Of a stretch of DNA of 64,000 nt, positions 54,743 to 63,856 are shown piece after piece. The stretch lies in the IMG/VR virus record IMGVR_UViG_3300027499_000006, positions 10,950 through 74,949 of that record. One strand, 5' to 3'. Position 1 is the first letter of the stretch; every line of letters starts with the position of its first letter. The position numbers and the translations under genes are program-made. The DNA comes from a virus. The notes under the pieces are model-generated. The model did not search any database. It had not been told where the DNA came from and saw nothing but the letters and a program-made list of their open reading frames with translations.

Positions 54743-55485
54743 TGTCAGAAGTACAGCGTTCGCTTACAATGATGATTTACGGTGAATCAAAGGTTGGTAA
54801 GTCAACTTTTGCCGTTACTGCTCCATACCCACGGCTTATGCTTGATGTGGAGGGTGGCCACCGCTTCCTTCCTATTAACGTCAAGTACTGGGACCCAATG
54901 AGTGAAGAGCCCCCCAAGGCCGACGGTACTTGGGATACTTGTGTTGTACTCGTTCACGATTACGACACTGTTCTCAAGGCATACCAGTGGCTTCAGGCAG
55001 GCCAGCACCAGTTTAAGAGCTTGATTATTGACTCCATCTCGGAGCTCCAAGTCAAACTGTTTGACAAAATTGCTGGGACAGATGCTCTCAAGATGCAACA
55101 GTGGGGTGAAATTCTCCGTCACATGGGCTCGCTTTTGCGTGACCTCCGTGACTTGACTATGCACCCTATTGCCCCACTTGAGGCAATTGTTTTGACTGCC
55201 ATGGCTAGCCCAGACAGGGATGGTCGTTTCCACCCCTATCTTCAGGGACAGCTCCGTGTGCAGGCTCCATATTTCTATGACATCTTAGGTGCAATAACAG
55301 TCGAGTCATTTCCAAACCCAGACCCGATGAAGCCACCGTACAAAGTACGAAGGATGTATGTAGAACGTACTGATAAGTACGAAGCTGGCGAGAGGGTTCA
55401 GGGTAGACTTGGCCCAATTGTCGAACAAGAAAACCTTGGAGTAGAGCGTATGCTAGACTTGGTTTTCGGACCAAAAGCGGAATAA
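54742..55485 (+). CDS. AAA / Sak4-like ATPase (recombination)
   Basis: Walker A GESKVGKST; LIIDSISELQ. Confidence 0.8.
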   Translation: MSEVQRSLTMMIYGESKVGKSTFAVTAPYPRLMLDVEGGHRFLPINVKYWDPMSEEPPKADGTWDTCVVLVHDYDTVLKAYQWLQAGQHQFKSLIIDSISELQVKLFDKIAGTDALKMQQWGEILRHMGSLLRDLRDLTMHPIAPLEAIVLTAMASPDRDGRFHPYLQGQLRVQAPYFYDILGAITVESFPNPDPMKPPYKVRRMYVERTDKYEAGERVQGRLGPIVEQENLGVERMLDLVFGPKAE

Positions 55486-55512
55486 TATCCACCAATAAGT
55501 AAGGAAAACATA

Positions 55513-56079
55513 ATGACGCAGTTAAACTGGAATGAGCTTCTGGAAGCAGCAGACAGCTCTGGTGGGGGAGACTACGCCCCCATTCCAGAGGGGGTATATG
55601 AGCTGAAGATTGTTGAATCTGTCCCAGCCATGTCCTCCACTGGAAAAGTAATGTTCAAGGTGAAATCTGAGGTCCAGTCTGGCCCTCACGCACGTCGCCT
55701 TGTGTGGGATAACATTGTTATCTCCCCTGAGAACCCTAAGTCAATGAATATCTTCTTTTTGCAGATGGGCTCTCTCGGACTGAGCAGGGAGTACTTCTCG
55801 CAACAGCCGAACAATGACCAGATTGCTAGCGCAATGAAAGACCGTCTCTTCCGTGGTCAGATTGGTGTTCGTCAGTGGAATGGTCAGGACCGTAACGAGA
55901 TTAGTCGTTATATGGCTATGGCTTCAGATTCAATTCCAGCAATGGTTTCTGCATCTGCACCAGCACCAGCACCAGCACCTGCTCCATCTCCCGCTGGAGC
56001 TGCGGTTCCACCGCCTCCACCAGCTCCGACTGTGGTGCCAACTGCTGGAGGAGCAGTTCCTCCTCCTCCTCCGTTCTAG
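55513..56079 (+). CDS. DUF669-type ssDNA-binding protein
   Basis: YAPIPEGVYELKI...STGKVMFKVK...GPHARRLVWDN; Pro/Ala tail. Confidence 0.75.
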   Translation: MTQLNWNELLEAADSSGGGDYAPIPEGVYELKIVESVPAMSSTGKVMFKVKSEVQSGPHARRLVWDNIVISPENPKSMNIFFLQMGSLGLSREYFSQQPNNDQIASAMKDRLFRGQIGVRQWNGQDRNEISRYMAMASDSIPAMVSASAPAPAPAPAPSPAGAAVPPPPPAPTVVPTAGGAVPPPPPF

Positions 56080-56091
56080 AGATTGCTTTAA

Positions 56092-56138
56092 GTAGGAGGG
56101 GGCTGGGTCGACAAGACTCGGCCCCTTTTTACTATTTT
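56092..56138 (+). terminator. Intrinsic terminator
   Basis: GGGGCTGGGTC-gacaa-GACTCGGCCCC followed by TTTTT. Confidence 0.75.
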
Positions 56139-56156
56139 TAATGTAAAGTAGGAGAT

Positions 56157-56579
56157 ATGAATTCAGTAGATTATGAATGGGTCAAGGAACAATTGACCAA
56201 AGCAAGAGCCCGAAAAGGTTCTGGTGATGCTGCTATTGAGCTTCTTAAAACTTGGGAGAATATTGATATTCCCGAGGAGTTGCAATCAGAGGCAGTAAAA
56301 ATTTTTGCCTCTCTCGCTCAAGGCCACGCCCTCGTAGCTGAAGGTGACAAAGAAGAAGTCTGGGTGCCAGCGCAAGCGGGAAAGATGAAAGTCGCCGACC
56401 AAATTAGAGTTAAGACCGATGCATTTTCTGGCTCTCTAGGTAAAATGCATAATGGTAGGCGTGGAGTAATTATTGCCATTAGATACGGGGACATTATTGT
56501 TAACAGTACAGACAGCCGTAATCCTAAATTATCTGGTGCTCACTATGCCCCACATCATCTTGAAAAACTAATAAAATAA
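56157..56579 (+). CDS. Hypothetical protein (helical N-terminus, SH3-like C-terminus)
   Basis: SD AGGAG; 140 aa. Confidence 0.7.
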   Translation: MNSVDYEWVKEQLTKARARKGSGDAAIELLKTWENIDIPEELQSEAVKIFASLAQGHALVAEGDKEEVWVPAQAGKMKVADQIRVKTDAFSGSLGKMHNGRRGVIIAIRYGDIIVNSTDSRNPKLSGAHYAPHHLEKLIK

Positions 56580-56612
56580 AATAGGGCCAGCGTAAGCTGG
56601 TCTTATTTTTTT
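56579..56612 (+). terminator. Intrinsic terminator with GNRA loop
   Basis: AATAGGGCCAGC-GTAA-GCTGGTCTTATT then TTTT. Confidence 0.75.
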
Positions 56613-56637
56613 GTACTTTTACGTGTATAATTATTAA

Positions 56638-56991
56638 ATGGACTTTATTAGAGCTGCAGAAGACTTGTGGTTTGAGTGGGACGGCATTGGGTTTACTAGC
56701 AGTGGCTATAAAAGTGTTGTGTACTTTACATATGACCATGTAGATATGGAAAACTCCATATGCCTCGGTGGCCTTGCTTCTTCTCTTCAAAGAGACGGTT
56801 TGGTAGATAGTTTATTCGATGGTAGAAGTGCAATTCAAAAATCTAGTGTTTTTTGTCATGGTTTTGCTGGGTCGGTAGACGACAGCCCAGAACTAACTAT
56901 CTGTAGCGCTACTGGGGAAACATTTTACGGAGACTTTGTAGATACAGCAAGAAGTATAACTTTGGTTGAGGTGTACGGAATTGGGGAGTAG
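56638..56991 (+). CDS. Hypothetical protein
   Basis: 117 aa, leaderless-like start just after TATAAT (56626-56631). Confidence 0.55.
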   Translation: MDFIRAAEDLWFEWDGIGFTSSGYKSVVYFTYDHVDMENSICLGGLASSLQRDGLVDSLFDGRSAIQKSSVFCHGFAGSVDDSPELTICSATGETFYGDFVDTARSITLVEVYGIGE

Positions 56992-57454
56992 AAAAAACTC
57001 TTGGCAAGATGATGCCCTCTGTGCACTTCCTCAAATAGAACCCTTCAAAGAAATGTTTTTCTCTGACAACGAAGACGACATAAAAAACGCAAAAATTATT
57101 TGTGGTTCCTGCCCCGTAAGAAAACAGTGCCTAGAGTTGGCTCTTGAGAATAAGGAAATATGGGGGGTCTGGGGAGGAGTAGACCAAGACGAACTCAGGA
57201 TAGTCCTATCTGTGGACGAAGACGGTCAAGAAGTTAGAAGAATTAGAAAGGGAGAGGCACCTTTCTGCCCAAACTGCAAGGCTGGTACCGCAGAGCTCAA
57301 ACTATCTGAGCGGGAAGTCCCTGGTGGAGGAAGGTGGACAACTAAAAAGGTTATTACCTGTAGTTCATGCTCCTTCTCTTGGGAGAGTAGAGCAAGTGCC
57401 AACTCGATTGAAGCTTTTTCAAACTTAAAGCAAAAACCTAATCAACAGGAATAA
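56966..57454 (+). CDS. whiB: WhiB-family Fe-S transcription factor with C-terminal zinc ribbon
   Basis: WQDDALC...FF...AKIICGSCPVRKQCL..AL...GVWGG; extra CPNC...CSSC. Confidence 0.9.
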   Translation: MRCTELGSRKNSWQDDALCALPQIEPFKEMFFSDNEDDIKNAKIICGSCPVRKQCLELALENKEIWGVWGGVDQDELRIVLSVDEDGQEVRRIRKGEAPFCPNCKAGTAELKLSEREVPGGGRWTTKKVITCSSCSFSWESRASANSIEAFSNLKQKPNQQE

Positions 57455-58661
57455 TCCCAACAAACTCTCTCGGGTCTTGGTTTCTACCAATTACCATGGA
57501 AAGAACCCCTGGCTTTGATGAGCGTCCAGAACGGTCTCTAAACCAGTCCGAGCCTGGGTCTGTTGTGGGGCACTGTACCCAGAGGCGTTCTCCCACTTCC
57601 TGTGCTTTGAAGTGGTGGTAGTGTCCTGAAATCCAAACATCAGCGCCACCTAGAGCTGTCTGTCCAAGCATCTGCCCCGACAGGTATTTCTCGACATCCC
57701 TAGAGAACTGGTGACCGTGGAAGAGGCCAAGCATCACTCCATTGATGTCTATAGCTAGAGTTTGATGACCTGACGCTGGGTAGCGGAACTCTACGTGGGA
57801 GAGCTTGTCACTCTCTCTACAAGCATCCTCAACAGCGGAAGCAATCTCGACGTTCCAACCGTCAGCAGGGTCTGCAGCAACCTGACGAGTCACCTCATCG
57901 TGGTTTCCATTAATTACTGGGACAATAATTCTTTCGGCGTGGGGAACAAAAGCTTTAATCTGTGCCATGAGTAGACGACGAGCAACCCTGACCTGTTCGG
58001 TCTGGCCGAGGTCGGAGGATGCTAAACCTTGAAGACGTCCAGCCTGCGAGACGTTGCCCTCCACGTGGTCACCTGGAAGAGCAATAACAACTGTGCCAAT
58101 ACTCAAACCCATTTTTCGAAAGGCTTGTAGTTTATGTACACCGCGCTCGGTGGCAATAAGTAGCCTGTCAATCGATTCTTGTGTCCCACTATCGCCACTT
58201 TTCTTACCAATTTGCTGGTCGCTCGGAGCGAAAACGAAAGAAGAATCTCCCGAGGTAGCAGATGGGGACTTTGATGGCTTCCAATTCTTAATATCATCCA
58301 CAAGCTTTTCAAGGTCAAAGTCTGATTGAGCGATGTGCTGTGCTGGGGCCAGTGTGATTCTGGAAGACTCTAGCCAGTCCCCATTAAATGTTTGCCACTT
58401 TCCGTGGCGAGCGTTTGTTACTACCCACTCTTGGGGGTTTAGCCCATGCTCGAGCATAATGTCTTCGGCCCCCGGAGTGTTCCCGAGGGGGCGAGGGCTA
58501 GAGATTGCGAAACCGCCTTGCTGGTCGACCTCGGAGCGTGGACGCCAATTCTCTGGGGTCTGTGTTGCTCTGGTATCAGAACCAGATATTCCTGGGCTTG
58601 CCAACTCGGCAAGTTTCTTTTTGAGGGAGTCGGTCATTTCGTGCTTCTTCCTTTGTAGCAT
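57438..58661 (-). CDS. Calcineurin-like metallophosphoesterase
   Basis: SDQQIG, PGDHVEG, NGNHDE, FHGH, GHYHH. Confidence 0.85.
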   Translation of the reverse strand: MLQRKKHEMTDSLKKKLAELASPGISGSDTRATQTPENWRPRSEVDQQGGFAISSPRPLGNTPGAEDIMLEHGLNPQEWVVTNARHGKWQTFNGDWLESSRITLAPAQHIAQSDFDLEKLVDDIKNWKPSKSPSATSGDSSFVFAPSDQQIGKKSGDSGTQESIDRLLIATERGVHKLQAFRKMGLSIGTVVIALPGDHVEGNVSQAGRLQGLASSDLGQTEQVRVARRLLMAQIKAFVPHAERIIVPVINGNHDEVTRQVAADPADGWNVEIASAVEDACRESDKLSHVEFRYPASGHQTLAIDINGVMLGLFHGHQFSRDVEKYLSGQMLGQTALGGADVWISGHYHHFKAQEVGERLWVQCPTTDPGSDWFRDRSGRSSKPGVLSMVIGRNQDPREFVGIIPVD

Positions 58662-58900
58662 GTGCAGACTTTTCTTCGGTGCTCAGATAGAACCGAGCGA
58701 CCTATGTCGTAGCCTTCTTCTCGTAGAGTGAGAACTAAGTTTACATTGGAGACAGAACCTTGTCGGTCTTGAGGCACAGAAATAATCTGTTGAAGGAGGG
58801 CGCGAGACTCCTCATCCATTGAATGCAGAAGCTCAGCAAACTTGCATCGCTTGGATGTGTTGCTGAGCTCTTGGAGCTTGTTTGCTAGGGTAGATGTCAT
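58634..58900 (-). CDS. Small HTH-like / Cys-His protein
   Basis: CKF...LREEGYDIGRSVLSEHRRKVCTC; precedes the phosphoesterase. Confidence 0.65.
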   Translation of the reverse strand: MTSTLANKLQELSNTSKRCKFAELLHSMDEESRALLQQIISVPQDRQGSVSNVNLVLTLREEGYDIGRSVLSEHRRKVCTCYKGRSTK

Positions 58901-58966
58901 AGTTTGTGTAGTCCCTCCCCTTTAGTGGGGCGTACTACAACATACTAGCGCAGATATTAGATATTT

Positions 58967-59398
58967 CTAGTTATTTAAGAATATACCGTTGACAATGAAA
59001 GCCGTCGTTAAACTTACTATGAGAGATAGAAGGGCACCAAATACTGCCATATATACAGAGAGAACTCGGGTTTTTTTCTGTTTCTGGGTCTCCTGCTGAC
59101 CCTCAATAATGTTATCGATTCGACTATTGATAAGCTCGCTCTCCTCATCAAAATCTGCAATAACTTGATTAATTCTTTCGGTAATCATGTTTTTAAGTTC
59201 TTGAGTCGAACGGGTGGAGTTCTCATTCATCTGACGAACGTCAGTTTCAATCCTCTGTACTCGGTCATTGAACAAACCAAATTTATTGTCCACAAAATCT
59301 TTAGTAGCCATTTCAGACTTGACTTGATGAAGAGTCTCTAAGATACTGTCCAGAACGAGCTTAGTCTCGCCTGGGGTGGGTGAGTCAGGTACCTTCAT
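58967..59398 (-). CDS. Coiled-coil protein with C-terminal transmembrane segment
   Basis: Heptad-rich body, then VLSVYMAVFGALLSLIVSLTTAFIVNGIFL. Confidence 0.7.
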   Translation of the reverse strand: MKVPDSPTPGETKLVLDSILETLHQVKSEMATKDFVDNKFGLFNDRVQRIETDVRQMNENSTRSTQELKNMITERINQVIADFDEESELINSRIDNIIEGQQETQKQKKTRVLSVYMAVFGALLSLIVSLTTAFIVNGIFLNN

Positions 59399-59528
59399 AG
59401 AAAGACTTTCTTATTGGACAGTGGTTATTCCTATGATACCGAGTTTTCCTACCCTCGACCCGAACTACCTCGTGGTACTATTAAGATAATTCTCTACTCA
59501 AACCACAACACCGACGTGACGGATTTAA

Positions 59529-62156
59529 ATGGACAACCCCTCTCCCCTTGCTAAATACTCTAGCTACTTTGGGCAAATAGGCTGGGCAGTTCTGCCTTGT
59601 CACGGAATTACTGCGGAGGGGATGTGCACGTGTGGGGGCACTCACTCTGCACCCAAGGACGTGGGGAAGCACCCAGCTTGTAGCTGGGACAAGGAAGCAA
59701 CTTCCGACGTAAACAAAATCGACCTGTGGTGGAACACTAATCCCGAATACAATATCGGGGTCCTTTGCAAGAATTCTGGGTTTTTTGTTATTGATATTGA
59801 CCCTCGCTCTGGGGGGTTTGAATCTTTTGAAGAATTTGAGGCTCTTGTTGGTGGAAACATTCCTCCAACAGTAGAAGCGATTACAGGGTTCTACTCAGAC
59901 AAGGGTAGGCAGGTTCGCGGGAGACACCTCTACTACAAAGTTGAAGATGGCGAAGCACTTATTGGAAATCTTCGTGGTGCCAAATTGCCGGGTATCGATA
60001 TTAAGCACAATGGCTATGTTCTTGTTCCTCCGTCCCGTCACGTCTCGGGAACGTCCTATGAATGGAAACCAGGACACGCTCCTTGGGAGATTGAGATGGC
60101 TAAGGCTCCTGAAGAGCTTTTGGCTCCACTAAGGAGACGTACTACGAGCTCCTCAAGGGTGGCATCCTCTTCCACTTCCTCATCAGAGTGGGGAGTGTTT
60201 GATGGACTTGAGTTTCAAGGCGAGAAACTTGATATTGAAAAAATTATGCGCGAGGGAATCGACGAGGGGGCACGAGCCGTCGAACTCTATCGTTTAGCCT
60301 GTGCCCTCGGAAATAAATACGGAACTGACGAAAGTGGTCGGTATATTGTCGAAACCGCAATGATTCGACTGAACGCAGAAAACGTTCGTCCCCCTCTAGA
60401 GTTAAACGGCCCTGGTGGTCTGCTTATGCACGTCAACAGAGCCCTAGATTTTGTTGATGCAAATCCTAAGACTTCCTCTAGGACATGGGGGGATATCGAG
60501 GACTGGCAGAAAGAGGCTGCTCAGAGGATTAGTCAGGGAATGTTTAGGGCTGGTGGTGGTGTCGTTGAATCCACTAGTGACCCCGATGACGTAGATAAAA
60601 ATGATATCTACACAGCGCCTGGAACTATTGGTGGCGCTGTTGCAAATGCAGCTTATGCTGGTCACTCTTCTCGCGAGGCCTCCAAGCTGACAAACGTTGA
60701 TGTGCCAAAAGACCGAGATGCTCTTACCGAAGAAGAGGGTGGAGACCCATCAAAACGAACTCTTACTGACGTCGGTAATGGCCGTCGTCTTGTGGACGCC
60801 TATCAGTCTGTTGTTCGCTACACCCCAGGGTTGGGGTGGTTTGCGTGGTCGGGGCAACACTGGGAGGTAGACGTAGAGCACCTAAATCTTAGGGAACTAG
60901 CCAAACAAATTGCACCAAGCATTGCGAGTGAAGTGGCTGAGTATGACGAGAAAGAGCGAGTAGAAGTTCTTAAGTGGGCGAACATGGCCAAATCTACTGC
61001 TCGAATCGATGCCACAATCAAAAACGCCAACTCGGACCCCCGCATAAATGTACGAGTGGACGAGTGGGACCACGACCCGTATCTTCTTGGAGTATCCAAT
61101 GGGGTGGTAGACCTTCGCACGGGGGAGCTTCTAAAGTTCAGACCAGACCTACATATCACTAAAAAGACTCCCGTTGCTTACACTCCTGGAATGCAGAGCT
61201 CTAGATTTAAGAACTTCTTGGACTACGCCACCAACGGCGATGTCGAGTTCCAAGACTGGCTCCAGCGTGCTGTTGGTTATACCTTTACTGGACTCAACAA
61301 CTTAGATTTAATGTTTGTAGTCTACGGAGCACCTGGTTCTGGTAAGAACACTTTTGTCGAAGCATTTATTAAGGCTCTTGGAACTAGGCAGTATGCGTGG
61401 CCTATGGACTCAAGTATTTTGGCGCAGAATGACAACAATGTGTCTTCCACAGACCTGTATCACTGGGCAGAGCTTCGTGGCAAGCGTGCTGTGTGGTTTG
61501 ACGAACTCCCCGATGGGGAACGCATTAAAGAGAATTCAGTAAAGAAGCTGACGGGTTCGTCAGAAATTTCCGCTCGGTCCCCTGGAGAACGTCCGTTTAC
61601 TTTTCAGGCTCAGGCAAAGATGTGGATTACAACCAACCACCGACCCATTATTACCGATGATGCTATGTGGCGTCGTATTCGTCCTATCCCATGGGCTCGC
61701 GTCCCCGAGAAGTCAGACCCAACTTTAAAGAAGTACCTTTTTGACTCGGAGGGCGGATTACCGGCAGTTCTTGCTTGGGCTATCGAGGGAGCGTACAAGT
61801 ACTTGAACTCTACAGAGGTAGATGGTCTGGGCTGGTGTGAGGTTGTTAGCAAAGCTGCAGAAATGTATCGAAAGAGTGAAGACCGTCTCGGCATGTTCTT
61901 TGATGATGATATGCAAAAGATTGACGGGGCCTCGGTACCAATCAAGTCTGTCTACACTATTTATCGTATGTGGAGTGAGGGACGTGGTGAACGTCCAGTA
62001 TCTCAGATTAGGTTTATTAGAATGTTGCGTGACCGAAGTGTTGAGGTCACTGGTGAGAGCGGTGGGGCTGATATTCTCGGGTATACTCTTAAACCAAAGA
62101 CAGCTACTGCAAATACCGATTTAGACTGGACTGTATTAGGGAGGTTCGCACAATGA
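59529..62156 (+). CDS. Bifunctional primase-polymerase / D5-like SF3 helicase
   Basis: VLPCH...CTC...GKHP, NIGVL...VIDIDPRSGG, GRHLYY, GIDIKHNGYVLVPPS; LTDVGNGRRL; Walker A GAPGSGKNT; DELPDG. Confidence 0.92.
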   Translation: MDNPSPLAKYSSYFGQIGWAVLPCHGITAEGMCTCGGTHSAPKDVGKHPACSWDKEATSDVNKIDLWWNTNPEYNIGVLCKNSGFFVIDIDPRSGGFESFEEFEALVGGNIPPTVEAITGFYSDKGRQVRGRHLYYKVEDGEALIGNLRGAKLPGIDIKHNGYVLVPPSRHVSGTSYEWKPGHAPWEIEMAKAPEELLAPLRRRTTSSSRVASSSTSSSEWGVFDGLEFQGEKLDIEKIMREGIDEGARAVELYRLACALGNKYGTDESGRYIVETAMIRLNAENVRPPLELNGPGGLLMHVNRALDFVDANPKTSSRTWGDIEDWQKEAAQRISQGMFRAGGGVVESTSDPDDVDKNDIYTAPGTIGGAVANAAYAGHSSREASKLTNVDVPKDRDALTEEEGGDPSKRTLTDVGNGRRLVDAYQSVVRYTPGLGWFAWSGQHWEVDVEHLNLRELAKQIAPSIASEVAEYDEKERVEVLKWANMAKSTARIDATIKNANSDPRINVRVDEWDHDPYLLGVSNGVVDLRTGELLKFRPDLHITKKTPVAYTPGMQSSRFKNFLDYATNGDVEFQDWLQRAVGYTFTGLNNLDLMFVVYGAPGSGKNTFVEAFIKALGTRQYAWPMDSSILAQNDNNVSSTDLYHWAELRGKRAVWFDELPDGERIKENSVKKLTGSSEISARSPGERPFTFQAQAKMWITTNHRPIITDDAMWRRIRPIPWARVPEKSDPTLKKYLFDSEGGLPAVLAWAIEGAYKYLNSTEVDGLGWCEVVSKAAEMYRKSEDRLGMFFDDDMQKIDGASVPIKSVYTIYRMWSEGRGERPVSQIRFIRMLRDRSVEVTGESGGADILGYTLKPKTATANTDLDWTVLGRFAQ

Positions 62157-62344
62157 GCATTACAATGAACTTTGGAGAAGAAGACCTGCCAAAGATTGTA
62201 GATGACGGAAAGGGCTACATCAAAATTGGTGACTGGAGTTTTGATATTGAAGATGAGCTCGAAGCTAAGAATTGGTGGGACTCCGTAAAGACTTGGATTG
62301 TTTTAGCTAGACACATGGACAGTATGTCCAAATCCGAAGAGTAA
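62153..62344 (+). CDS. Hypothetical protein
   Basis: ATGA overlap; 63 aa. Confidence 0.55.
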   Translation: MSITMNFGEEDLPKIVDDGKGYIKIGDWSFDIEDELEAKNWWDSVKTWIVLARHMDSMSKSEE

Positions 62345-62403
62345 CTGTATTTTTTCTTCTGTGTGTTAGAATTAATCGTCATTACACATAGACTAGGAGA
62401 AAT

Positions 62404-62703
62404 ATGAACGACCAAATTATCGCAATTATTCGCACAGTAGTCCCCACTTTGGTAGGAGCCTTTGGAGCATTTCTATTGGCTGCAGGAGTTGAGCTGGATA
62501 ATGAGACTAAGAGTGCAATGGTTGTTGCACTGACAGGCATTTTTTCAGGAGCTTATTACGCCATTATTCGCTCTTTTGCATCTAAGGTTCCACTGGCAGG
62601 ATGGCTTTTAGGCTATCCAGCAACTCCCGCATACGGGACACCCAGTACCCCCGAACCAGTAGCAAAAACCTCGCCTAAGGGCAAGACTGGCGCAAAGAAG
62701 TAA
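62404..62703 (+). CDS. Holin-like membrane protein (actinophage type)
   Basis: IRTVVPTLVG...two TM segments...YYAIIR...GWLLG..P.Y; basic tail; SD AGGAG. Confidence 0.7.
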   Translation: MNDQIIAIIRTVVPTLVGAFGAFLLAAGVELDNETKSAMVVALTGIFSGAYYAIIRSFASKVPLAGWLLGYPATPAYGTPSTPEPVAKTSPKGKTGAKK

Positions 62704-62722
62704 ATTGTCTAGTAAGACTAGA

Positions 62723-62759
62723 GCTAGGGAGGTCAGAAATGGCTTCCCTAGTTTTATTT
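62723..62759 (+). terminator. Intrinsic terminator
   Basis: CTAGGGAGGTCA-GAAA-TGGCTTCCCTAG then TTTTATTT. Confidence 0.75.
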
Positions 62760-62796
62760 AGTGTGTATGTAGAGAGTGTAGTAATATTATTAGACT

Positions 62797-62994
62797 ATGA
62801 AAAAAGACTGGTCTTTTTTACTTGGCAATGTTGAATTTTATATAAAACATTACCATCCACTTGGCGCAGGGGAAAAACCAAAGTTTGGCTGGCTTATCAG
62901 CAAGAACCCTAGCGGACTTTTTGGTAGGGGATTCACGACGGAACTTTATTTTGGGCAGAATCTTTTTGTCCTAGTGGTTTCGAGGTTTAATTAG
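62797..62994 (+). CDS. Hypothetical protein
   Basis: 65 aa ORF. Confidence 0.45.
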   Translation: MKKDWSFLLGNVEFYIKHYHPLGAGEKPKFGWLISKNPSGLFGRGFTTELYFGQNLFVLVVSRFN

Positions 62995-63230
62995 TGTCGT
63001 ACTGTAGATTTTTAGAGGGGGATGTTTATGTCTTCCTCAGTGGGGTTGGAGAGCTCGAGTGTTGCGCCTGCATACTGGACCCGATGGGGGAGCCATGGGG
63101 ATTTTTTAAAGCAGAGAGTACTCAAGAAATGGTGGACCACCTCGAGGCGCACAAAAAAGTTGGGCACTTTATTCCTTGGGGGGTAGTTGAACACTTGTGG
63201 GATGATGACAAAGAGAACTTTCCACTATGA
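62994..63230 (+). CDS. Hypothetical protein (Cys/His)
   Basis: SYCRF..GDVYVF....LECCAC...EMVDHLEAH. Confidence 0.6.
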   Translation: MSYCRFLEGDVYVFLSGVGELECCACILDPMGEPWGFFKAESTQEMVDHLEAHKKVGHFIPWGVVEHLWDDDKENFPL

Positions 63231-63475
63231 AAATCACAACTGAGACAGGTTCTGTCTACGACATCGACGACCACGGTTTCTGTGTCAAGACCGACAAGCA
63301 CGGCAATCGTATGGATGCTTTTAAGGCATTCGTTATGATTCCTGTCCCCGAAAGTGTAAAAATTGTAAAAGAGGTTTTTACCCTCCCAGAAGGAAAACCT
63401 GTTGTTGGTCAGCGTCTCTACATTTCAGGGCTTAATGTCTGGTGGCTCACCACCCTCGTAGTTTCTGTCGAATAG
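63227..63475 (+). CDS. Hypothetical protein
   Basis: ATGA overlap; MKITTETGSVY...T..VVSVE. Confidence 0.6.
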   Translation: MKITTETGSVYDIDDHGFCVKTDKHGNRMDAFKAFVMIPVPESVKIVKEVFTLPEGKPVVGQRLYISGLNVWWLTTLVVSVE

Positions 63476-63642
63476 ACAAACCCCCCACCAGCACGACTTG
63501 GCGGGGGGTGCGGACTGGGCATCAGTCCTTGCCTTGGACACGACATGAGTGGTTTCTAGCGTCAAGCGGGTGTCGGCCCAATCTCACTGCCCGCGCTAGT
63601 CCTTGGCTTAAACGGGATGCCTCCCGTCGGCTGGACGCTGAT
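63473..63642 (-). ncRNA. Candidate structured ncRNA (~170 nt)
   Basis: Minus-strand TATACT (63649-63654), several stems with complementary loops, terminator-like hairpin 63480-63509. Confidence 0.4.
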
Positions 63643-63665
63643 GGGGTAAGTATAGCGCTAAAAAC

Positions 63666-63695
63666 TTGACTTGATGTAGCAGATGTGGCTATACT
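63666..63695 (+). promoter_or_regulatory. Sigma70/SigA-type promoter
   Basis: TTGACT-18 nt-TATACT upstream of ATG 63719. Confidence 0.65.
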
Positions 63696-63718
63696 AGCCC
63701 TAATTGAAGGGATAAAAC

Positions 63719-63856
63719 ATGGCAGGAAAAGGCAGAGGTGGGGGAAACTCCGCCCCAAAGAGCCCAATTAGTGACCGTAAAAATAACAAGTCTTCGAAAA
63801 AGCGTCCTAAAGTATTCGATTCTGTGAAGCGCAGATTAGTCACTAAAGATGTCTAG
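63719..63856 (+). CDS. Small Lys/Arg-rich protein (45 aa; not in the ORF track)
   Basis: MAGKGRGGGNSAPKSPISDRKNNKSSKKRPKVFDSVKRRLVTKDV; SD GAAGGG. Confidence 0.55.
   Translation: MAGKGRGGGNSAPKSPISDRKNNKSSKKRPKVFDSVKRRLVTKDV

Noticed and set aside
49235-62156. Inteins or introns in polymerase, helicase or primase
   Set aside because: Lengths are normal and motifs contiguous; no C/S...HN intein boundaries or LAGLIDADG motifs seen.
63512-63560. Hammerhead ribozyme (CTGATG and GAAAC present on the minus strand)
   Set aside because: Lacks the CUGAUGA core and the required order and stem geometry.
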